Shown here one piece after another: positions 1 through 10,600 of a DNA stretch of 64,000 nt. A program made the position numbers and the translations under genes. The stretch is from positions 5,704,001-5,768,000 of the forward strand of contig NC_135769.1 of the NCBI RefSeq assembly GCF_052425735.1, read 5' to 3'. The first letter of the stretch is position 1. The number at the start of each line of letters is the position of its first letter. This DNA comes from Oculina patagonica (Eukaryota). The notes under the pieces are model-generated. The model searched no databases and was not told the DNA's origin. It was given only the letters and a program-made list of their open reading frames with translations.

Positions 1-146
1 GTATTTTAAACATTTTCACCCGAGGAGAACTTTTGCAAGGTTCAATCATCATGGTTCGTCCTGGCTAGCCTCCATATTTTTACCGGAATATGGAATGAAT
101 AGCAATAATTTAAAAGCCAGAATACATTAAGTTGAGTTGGACTCAC

Positions 147-193
147 AGGAAAAGTGTTTGATGTCCTGGGATAGTTCATGCCACGTTGAAATT
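147..193 (-). CDS. Putative further ANKS1 exon (EFQRGMNYPRTSNTFP)
   Basis: ttgttgttgtccgtag acceptor and gtgagt donor; phase-compatible with the 992-1039 exon; no homology support. Confidence 0.45.
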
Positions 194-569
194 CTACGGA
201 CAACAACAACAAAGTGTTTTAAGCCACAAGGACAACCTTACATTAAAGTGTCATTAAACACAGTAGGAAATTAATTTTAAGAACATGAAAGGAACCTGTA
301 GAAAGCATTTTTTTATTTAGCTGTAGGCAAGTATTTGCTTCATTTCTGAGTGTTATCAATTAACATTTACTGCACCTTTCAATAACACAAACTCTGAAGT
401 TTAAATCCTAATCAACAATTGCATTTTTGCTGCTGTTAAAAAGAACCAAATGGACCAAAGTAGAAATAGGATTGCCAGACGTGACCTTTTGAACTCGTTT
501 TTAGTGAACTTCTGTTTCGTGTAAGGTCAAAGGTCAGCTAAGATGATTGACGGCAGCTGAGTTATAAAT

Positions 570-830
570 TAATTTATTAGATTTAGAGAGAAAGCCACAT
601 CAGCCCAAGCTGGTTTTCATGCGGGTCCTCTATCCAGGCCTGGAATTGGAATATTATTGGAAATTAATGTTGGTTTTTCAGGAAGGAGGAAAACCAGAGT
701 ACCTGGAGAAAAACCCTCGGAGCAAGGACGAGAACAACAAACTCAACCAACATATGGCAGTGGGCCAGAATCGAACCTGGGTCACATTGGTGAGAAGGGA
801 GCGCTCCCACCACTGCACCATCCCTGTCCC
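570..830 (-). mobile_element. tRNA-derived SINE (family A)
   Basis: Minus strand begins GGGACAGGGATGGTGCAGTGG (A box) ...GGTTCGATTC (B box); body is homologous to the copy at 50868-51720. Confidence 0.75.
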
Positions 831-991
831 CCCCCCCCCCACCACCACCACCACCACCCCTGAGCAGGGATGCATGTTAGGATGTTAATATGTCAGTGAA
901 ACAAGCTGCATGGAAAAATTTCTATTTTAAGGGATGACTCTTGCAAGTGATTTACCGTAATCATGCAAGAATGAACTTATCATGAACTCAC

Positions 992-1039
992 CAGTAAGTT
1001 GTTGTTTTAAGCTAGACACAGGTTCTTTGAGGCTGAATG
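992..1039 (-). CDS. Putative further ANKS1 exon (AFSLKEPVSSLKQQLT)
   Basis: ctaaccag acceptor and gtgagt donor; 48 nt keeps phase 1 from exon 9; open frame; no homology support. Confidence 0.5.
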
Positions 1040-1648
1040 CTGGTTAGTAATAATTATAGAATAATTAATAGTTCAGTAATTAACTATTAACAATAATCAT
1101 TATGTAAGAATAATCATAAACCAAAGATGGCAGCGAAGGTTACTAATAAGCAATCTGTTAATAGTCACTATGACAGTAAATTAACAAATATTATTTAATG
1201 ACAACAGTAATTGTATTAGTTCAAGTAAGAATTAAAATGGCTAACAGTTATATATGTATCTTATTAGATGGTCATAACAAGCAGTAGCTACATGTAGACA
1301 GCCTATTTAGGACGTTGTTAGATCAAGCTAGACTATACTGTCAGGAGGCAGACCATGGTAGGTAAGGAGAGTAGCCTCCCGCAACGGCAGATCCAGACCT
1401 TGAACTAAGTAGGGGGCCCTTTTTGTGCATGTACACCCAAAAAAAACAATTAGCGCCGGGAGTCATATAAAAAAAAAAGAATTTAACATCTTTCACCAAA
1501 AATAAGGAGGGGCCCAGGCCATTTTACTAGATAAATATGACAGGAGTCTTCCTTCCTTCCTTCTCTCAGAAAGCAAAGCAGTTAATTCAATAGCCAGACA
1601 AGTTAAAACCAGTATAATTGGGGAGGGATGTTTAACTGTAAAACCCAC

Positions 1649-4600
1649 CATAAATAAGATCTTTTATCTCTCTTGTCTTTGCTGAGGGGTGCTCAGCCAA
1701 CAGATCCAATACTGTTTTGTTGTTGCTATCCACCACTGTGACATCAATCCCTAGATGTGTATGTTGCAGTTAATTTTTGATCTCAGTTAATTTTTTATTT
1801 TAACTAGTTAGTTTTTTTTTTTCTAACTAGTTTTTTTTTATTCTAGGTTAATAAGTAGAAAAAGTAGAACACCTCCCCTACCTTGATATCTCATACCCCC
1901 CCCCCCCCATCCTCACGTGAACTAATCCTCCCCTACTACTATCTTCTGCTATTTCCCCCTCCCTTAAGTACTATCTTTTTTTTTCTTTTTTACTAACCTG
2001 CACTGGATTTGAACTCTCAACCTCTGGATTTGCTGTCCAACCCCTTATCCACTGTGCCACGTAGGAAACGTTGGGTGAACCACTAATTTTTTAAAATATA
2101 TGATACCCTAACCCTAACCCCATTATTTAACTAGTTAAAAAAATCAACTAGTTAGAAAAAACTAACTAGTTAAAAAAAATAATTAACTGAGATCAAAAAT
2201 TAACTGCAACATGTATGTACAATGGTTAATATTTAATGCACCAACAGCCCAACAAGCCACAAGAAAACAAAGTTGAACTTCACACCAGGCAAATTACATG
2301 TGACCTAAATAGAGCAGTTTTCAAATAACTTACAGTCTTTAGTTTAACAATCAAAACTCAAAGCAAAATTAATATATGTAGCTGGTGGGAAAATGTGCAC
2401 ATGCAAGTCACAACTGGTTTAGGTTTTTCTTCTGATTGGATGAGTACATGTAAGTGGTGCAGTTTTATGAACTTATCACATTTAATTTAACATAGTAATA
2501 ATGCAAAAAAGCAACTTATATTACTTTCAACACTCGCATACCTGCCATCCCCCAGAGTACAAAAATCTGGAGACATCCAGAAATCTTTGCATTGTAAGGA
2601 TATCATTTAAGACAATGTATGAATACTCTCTGAAAATCAGACCAGGAGACTTGATGAAAAACTTGGAGTCTCCCGAAAATCTTGAGAGTTGGCAGGTATG
2701 AACTCGTTTGAAAACAGGTCTATGCATGCCCTATGATTACCAGTCGAGTTACTAATTGGTTTTTCCCCAGAAAAGGTGAAGTCAGTTCCAATACTAGAAA
2801 TTCCAAGGAGAAGCCAGATCACCCAGTAGTGTTCGCAATTAACTATCATGGTTTCTGTAACAATTAGTGACTAGAATTTTGCCAATCTTCTTAGATGTGA
2901 TGCTAGTCTATTACAGCGCAACAAGTTAAATAACCAGGGGAGGGCAAATTTTGTACTCTTGGATGGAGGAAGACACTGTGAGATCAAAGTGTCTTGTCAA
3001 AGAACACAACACATTATTTTACTTCTCAATTCAGGATGCAGCACATTAACCACAAGGCCACCACACCTCATATAGATACTAATCAACACTTTGTGTCACC
3101 ACCAGAAACCCATAAGGGTTGAAACGTGTAACTCCCTATGATTCGCATTGTACAAAGCGTTTGCACATTCGTTTACACTAAGTACCAAATTTGGAAATTC
3201 ACGAGAAACAATTAACCAATCAAAATTACTATAATTTATTTGGATGAAATTCACAGCAGGCGCTAGCTCGCGCTCGATGGCATAATCTTGTTTTTGAACA
3301 AGCTTGGTTGAATAAAGTTAAATTTGGTTAAATTCTCCTGTGTCATCTTCTTGAAGTAGTCCCCAGAACTTCGCTTCGATATACTTAAAGTATTTCTTTG
3401 GTTTCTGTAAGAAATTTACGACGTTTAGGTCAAAATTCAAGCAACTTACCGCAAAACCAAAAATTATGTTGCGTGTGTCATTACGTGTATAAAGCATACG
3501 CGTACAAATTCTTCGTGTTTCCAAATATGGTACTTAGCAAAATGAATATTCAAACGCTGTGCGCGCGCGTTACGCGTTTCAACCCTTATGGGTTTCTGTC
3601 ACAAGGCCACCACACCTCATATAGATACTAATCAACACTTTGTGTCACCACTTAACTTACCACACTGTAAGAGAAGATTGACGACATCTGCTTTACCAAA
3701 CAACGCAGCTTCATGAAGAGCTGTCCCAGAGGTACACTGTAAAAAAAAAAAACAATATATTTCAAATTCCAATTTCAGCTTCCTAATTACCGGGGGGGTA
3801 ACATGAACTTGTCGGGCCTCATTTTTTGCCATCATAGGCATGCAATGTGTGCAGAGAGCTATGAAGCTATCACTTTACAGGTTTTGTTGGCCCTCTAATA
3901 CTAACAAACTACACCTTTTTGGTATTTTTTGGTATGGTTTAAAAGTATTTTGGCAAGACACAGTGGGGGCAAAATACCTATGGCAAGACCAAACAAGCCT
4001 GATAGGCTGCCAAAACATAATTAATAAAGGTACGATTAGATATAGACTGTACCAAATTTGGCCAGAAGTTTGACAAAATCATTAAGTGACTTGACGTCCC
4101 AAAATTTCAGGATAGTAGACAAGGCATCTGATTGCTTAATTACAAATTTGGGTTATGACTCTCTCAGATAGCTGTCTGTAGGAAACATACTTACCGTGAT
4201 GTTGACATCCATTCCACAACTGAGGAAGTAAGACACCACATTCATGTGTCCGTTTCTGGCAGCAAGATGTAGAGGAGTGTGGGTTCTGACCACATTCATG
4301 TCTTCAAGGAGATTTGGATGGTAGTTCAACAGCTGTTTGACCTACAATCAAGAAAAGGAAAGGAAACTTGACCTTAAAGTATCTTCTAAAAGCTTGGTCA
4401 AACAAGACTCCATCCATCGACATCTTTCGATATTGTTGTGCCTGTTGGGACATGTTATGAACAACTTACGATGTTTAAAGTAGATTTATGAACTTAATTA
4501 AAATTAATTTACTTACAGTTTCCATTCTGCCATACTGGGCTGCCAAGTCAAGTGGTGATTCTTGCCGACTGTTTCGAATGTAAGGGTCAGCATGATTCTG

Positions 4601-7600
4601 CAACAAACATTACATATATTACGGTAAATTATAAGGGCAAGCTTGTCATCATCATCATTTTGCTAAATATCATGGTATTGTCATAATCTTCATTAAAAAA
4701 CTTCAGTGGAAGTGCCACAAAATTAAAGCATAGATTTCCATTCTTTTTTTCTGAAAAAGAGAAATTCCAATAGTAAGTCCAATAGTATTCTTGGCATTTG
4801 TAAAAACCAAATGACCTGTTTTTGAATCATCATGGTTTACAGTGCAGTGCATACCTCAAGTAAAACAGCCACAACAAGACTCTGACCAAACTGAGCTGCA
4901 GAATGCAAAGCTGTGTCTTCAGTGCCATTCTGTTACAAAAGGAAAACAAGAAGGCATAAAAATTAAACTTATTTGTTAACTAGCAAGCCACAACTCCCTG
5001 TAAAGCTTATAGCTGGTAGCTTCCATAATTTCAATAGCTTTTTTTTTTTTTCAGCTCAGCCATAGCAGGCCGTAGGCAGGATCTTGCATGGGTGGGTGCG
5101 AGCACCAGAGGTGTAAAATCAAGTTGTTTTAAAAGTATACATTTCCTGCATTCTTTTTTTTTTTTTTTTTTTTTTTTTATTTAGATAATTGACGCCTTAC
5201 TTACAATAATAAGTACACTTACAATAACAGCTAGCACAATACTTACAATACTTAAACACTGATAAAGACAACACTAATACACAAAAACCGGATTCTTTTT
5301 TTTTTTTTACAATACTTGTAATAATACGACGGAAGAAGAAGAAAAAAAAAAGTACACTAGAAGCGCAAAAGAAAGGTATACAACTACACACACACAATAT
5401 ATAGCTAGCAGCTGGCTTTGGGTAACAACAAAAGAGATTATGTGTTTTCACTGCTACAAAGGGTGGTCCACTTGTTCCTATGTTTATTATAATTACCATT
5501 TCTGATAGCAATCTCTCTTTCTGATTGAATTTTACTTTTAAGCAAACAAAAAAAGACCTCAAACATTGGATTTTCAGACTTGATTTTTGAAAGGTAAATG
5601 TGATATTTGCCTATTAAAAAGAAGTGGTTTAGCGCATAAAAACTAGAAGATCCTGGTTTATAGCCATAAAGAATTTCAATAGGTTTTGGATTTATGTTTT
5701 CAAAGCGTTTTACGTTCCACCATTCAATTGCCATTATCCAAAACTGTTTCACATTAGGACACTCGCAAAACATGTGTTCTAGTGTTTCATTTACATAATT
5801 ACACAACTCACATACTGGTGAGGCTTTTATCTTCATTTTATATAGTCTTTGGTTTGTGGGGAGAATGTTATGGATTAATTTGTACTGAAAGCTTCTTAGT
5901 TTATTTTCTATTGTGATTTTGAAAGGTAGTTCATAGATGGCTTCCAAGTCCGTAACATTTTGATTCTGTAGGCGGTGTTCTACAGTGGGTGGGCGAAAGG
6001 ACTTTCCGACGAGCAGAGAGCGAGCTTTTTTGGCAGAAACATTATCTGCTGTTACGACGTTTTGCGTTCTTTGATTACCTGAAGGAGTATCGAGGATTGC
6101 GGTTTTCCAGGCCTTTGGGATTGCGGCGATCACGCCTGCGTAGTCCAAAAAAGTTGTACGGACACCGAACTTGGCCTTAAAATGTTCGAAAGATAGAAAG
6201 TTTCCCTGCTTGGTTAGAAGGTCACGAACCTTTACGATTCCATTTTTATGCCACGATTTGAAATAAAATGATTTACCGCAAATCCTTATGAAACGATTGT
6301 TCCATAAGATCTCTTCTTTAAAATCTGTGGAATTAACTGGGTCGTTTGAGTGAATTTCTTGCCAATTTGACAGAATCTCTTTATAAAAAATTGGAATGTT
6401 TTTTAACTCTAGGTAATTTAGATTGAAATTGCACTGAAACAGGAAAGCACCTCCATATTTTAACAAAAACGAATTAAGAAAGGCGCACCAGTTGTTTTCA
6501 GGCTCATCACAGAAACGTTTTACCCAAGCAATTTTTAGGGACTTGTTGACGTCGTTGAAATTGACCATATTGAGCCCGCCTTTGTTCACCGGGCCGATTA
6601 ACGTACTTCTTTTAATTTTATCCTGCAGGCTTAAAATTCCATATAAAAGCAAAAATTGTTTCATTTACTCTTTTGATGAAATCTGATTGAACGTGTAACA
6701 CTGAAGAACTGTAAACAAGCTTAGAAAGGGCTAACGTTTTAATAATGGTTACTTTCCCTAAAATCGTTAAATGCCTACCAGACCAGAGATTTAAAACTTT
6801 TTGAAGCTTAGAGAGCTTTGTTTCAAAGTTCATGTGTTGGCGAACTAGAGTATCGTAAGCAAAGACGACTCCAAGAGTTGTAACGTATTGTTCTGGCCAT
6901 GATATTCCGAACGGACTGTACTTACCAAGTCTGCCTTTCCAAGCACCAAGCCACATTCCCTCGGTCTTGTGTCTATTTATTTTGAGTCCGGAGCACGTAC
7001 CGAATTGCTCAAGAAGGGTGAATAAATTGGAAGCAGAACTGTCATCCGGCAGAAAAGAAGTAGTGTCGTCGGCATATAGGCTAAGTTTAACTGTTTTATT
7101 TCCGTTATGAAGACCTCTGATTGATTCGTCAAAACGAATTTTATGTGCAAGTGGTTCTACGGCAAGTATAAAGAGTAGTCCAGACAGTGGACAGCCTTGT
7201 CTGACTCCTCTTTGAAGAGTAAAGAATTCTGATGCGTAGCCATTGTTAATGACACAGCTGTTAATGTTGTTATAAAAAGTGCGAATCCAATTTCGAAAAC
7301 TTGGTCCAAAATTCATAGCCTCAAGTGTCGTGAAAAGGTATTCCCATTCTAGAGAGTTGAACGCTTTCTCGAAATCTAAGAAGAGAATCATTCCTTGTTT
7401 GTTTGGATTGCTATTTTGTTCTATAATATCTGAAATTAATCGTATATTTTCACCAATATATCTACCTTTAATATAACCCGTCTGATCTCTTTCTATAAGG
7501 TGAGGAAGCACTTTTTCTAAGCGTCTTGCTATACATTTGGTCGCTATTTTATAATCGGTGTTTAAAAGTGAGATAGGGCGCCAATTTTTGAGCTGAAGAA

Positions 7601-10600
7601 GCTCTTTGCTTTTTTTGGGAATTAGCGAAATAATTCCTCTTTTTTGTGAAATGGATAATTCGCCAAAAACTGCCGCTTCATTAAAGCAGAGAACCAGATG
7701 ACTAGAGATTTCGTTCCAGAATCGGAGGTAAAACTCAGCCGTTAAACCATCTGTTCCGGGGGTTTTGTTCTTTTGAAAGGTTTTTAGAGCATCTAAGCAT
7801 TCTTCTTCGGTTATTAGTCCTTCGCACACTGTCTGCATGTCTTCATTTAACTTTGGAAGTGAATTAGATTGGAGAAAAGTCGAAGATCGCGCAGGAGTAT
7901 CCTTCGGGAATTGAGAGGTGTAGAGATCACTATAAAATGTTTTTGAACATTTCATTGAGAATAATTTGCGGGTCTTGTGTGGTGAAACCTTCAGACGTTT
8001 TCAATTTTGTGATATGTCGTTTATTGTAGCTTCTTTTTTCGAGATTGAGGAAATATTTATTACATTTCTCTCCAGCTTCATACCACCTTGCCCTGCTTCT
8101 AACAATACACCCTTTTGTTTTCTTTTCTGCGATTTGATCGAGCTCAATCTTAAGGGTTTTTACTTCTTTTAGAAGATCTTGGTCCTCTGGATTTTGGTCA
8201 ATAAGGCTGTTAATATTGTTCAAATTGTCGAGTAGTTTAAATTCTGTAGATTTTTTTTCTTTTGCCTTTCTTTTTGAGAAACGGATTGCAAATATGCGAA
8301 TTTCCATTTTTATCATTTCCCAAAGGAGCCGTTTGTCAAGTGTGGCTTTATGCTTCTGAGCAGCATTTCTTATGACGAAAGACATTTTGTTGACGAATTC
8401 TTTGTCCTCGAGAAGAGAATTGTTGAACTTCCAGAAACCTGGACCTTTTTTTCCTGAGAATCTTCAGGGTTGATCAAGAGGGTGATCGGAGAGTGGTCGG
8501 AATCATAATAAGATTTGATGTCACTGCTTTCGACTTGTTTAATTAATTGTTTTGAAATTAGCCAGTAGTCTAGCCTGCATTTTATCTTTCCGGAACTGTT
8601 GCTCCAGGTGAAACGGGCATCAGTTGGGTGAAGATTTCTCCAAACATCTACAAGATTGAAACTATTGCGGAGATTTTCTATAGATTTCAAAACGTTGTCT
8701 TTGCGGTGAATATCTTTTCCGCCGAACTTGTCAAGAGCGGTTAGCGGGCAATTGAAATCTCCGCCGACGATGATTTTTTCATTTGTGAATCGACGGATAA
8801 CGTCCATGAGCTTAGTAAAGAAGTTGACTTGCTGCGTTTGGTCGTTTGGTGCATATATGTTGACGAGACAAAGCTCTTCTTGATTAATGTTTGCGCTTAT
8901 AATCAGAGATATACCATTTTTTCCCAAATGAATGTCTGAAATATTAACGTTTAGAGAAGGTCGAAATAAACTTTAAGTCATGACGCCTCTACTATGTTTC
9001 GAACCGTGAGAAAAAAATATATCTCCTCCCCACTCCGCTCGCCAAAAGTCCTCTATGGCCAAGTCACTGTAGGATTCTTGAAGGAGAACGATATCATATT
9101 TTCCTTGATGAAGCCATCTGAACAATTTTCGCCCTTTGATTGATTTGTTGAGGCCTCGAACGTTTAAGGAGATAATGTTTAAAGACATTTCTTTGGAATA
9201 CGAGATTTTTTTCTGAAGTGTGTGTTCGCACCTTGTGCAGTGGGATAGGTGAAAACTTGTAAAAGCTTGCGTCTACCAAGCCAGCCTATTTGAAACGAAA
9301 CAGCGAGGTACATATGCCAAAAGTGTAAACACATACCAAAACACGAACTAAATAACACTAATGAAGTATAGAAGGGAAAAAAGAAGCTAATTATGCTAAC
9401 TTTGTGAATTAAGGTGTGACGCAATAAAATTCCCTCCTACAATTCCCCAGCGATTCGGAATTTTAAGAAAACAAAGTCGGAATTCTTTGATACTTGACAA
9501 AAGTTTACGCTGTTATTTGCATAAGTTTAAGCTACGGCTAAATGTTTGTTTTGTTTTGTTCTTTCGTTCATATATATCTGCTGCAACTAAATAATTATTT
9601 AACTAATGTTGAGGTCTTCAGCTTTAAGGATACGAATGGGCCGCTCATCCACGGATCTTTTAATAAATATTTTTCCATCGATGGTCCACGCACTATGCCA
9701 TTCTTTGTCGTCTTTTGCTTTCCTTGCTTTTCCAAAAAGTTGGCGTCGCGACTTGGTCAAGTTTTCATTTATAAAGACTTGTGTGGTACCTGGAAATACT
9801 TGATTCACGTCGATACGTCTGAGCTGCTTACGCGCGGAGTAGAGCTCCTTCTTTGCACGATATGATCTAAATCGTACTATGATAGGTCGAGGCTTGTGTG
9901 CAAATCGCGGGTTTTGAGCCATCCTGTGGCAAATATCAATATCACCTTTTGCAATTTTGACGTTTAACAGATTTCCGAGTTTAATGATGAGCTCAGCGAT
10001 ATTTTCGTCGTCTTCTTCGGGAAAATCATGAAATTCTAAATTGTACTTTCGAGTATATTGTTCGAGGTCGTCTAGATTAGAGTTTGTTGCTTTTAGATCA
10101 TTGCGAAGTTTACTCACTTGGTCAGCCTCTTTGTTCAGAGCATTTTGTAATCTCGTTACCTCAGTCTTGAGGTTTACATTTTCTTTTTCCACTTTCTCCA
10201 ACTTTTCGACGTGGAACTCCAAAGATGTTCTCAGCTCTGCGTACTGCTCTTTGAGGTCTTTGTTTTCCTTCAAGAGTTGGTCCGTATTCTCTTGTATTGT
10301 CTTTAGTATTTTCCAGATTTCCTTGTTGGAGACCGCCTCACCGCTTTCGTCAGCCGAAGCGCTGCCAGGCGATGCGCTCATTTTTGAAGTTTTGGAGGGA
10401 GGCGAGCCAGTATTTCGTTGTTTTCGTTTCTTTCTATTTGCACCCATTAAAAAGGGCGCATTTTGAAGTCTCAAATACCAAAGATAACGCTTTGCTGGGG
10501 AAAAAGAAGGCCACACTGAAATCAGCCTCCGGTCGCCATGAGACTCGTCCCAGTCTCCTGCATTCTGAAAGTCATTTTAACCCTCACTCCCAGATAAGGC

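Larger units (their letters stand above)
5154..10555 (-). mobile_element. Full-length non-LTR retrotransposon, L1/Tx1 clade, in ANKS1 intron 4
   Basis: Poly(A) tail (T-run 5154-5178); TSD TCCTGCATTC(T) at 5144-5153 and 10556-10565; short 5' UTR, ORF1, about 410-bp spacer, then ORF2 with APE endonuclease, RT and C-terminal CCHC. Confidence 0.93.

Noticed and set aside
20-64. Additional ANKS1 exon (PGRTMMIEPCKSSPR)
   Set aside because: In phase, but both splice sites are weak and there is no homology support.
619-888. 89-aa ORF and overlapping ORFs
   Set aside because: Translation of a SINE plus C/CAC runs; similar peptides recur at 51285-51647.
2106-2120. Telomere or chromosome-fusion remnant
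   Set aside because: Only 2.5 CCCTAA units, and they lie inside a MITE.
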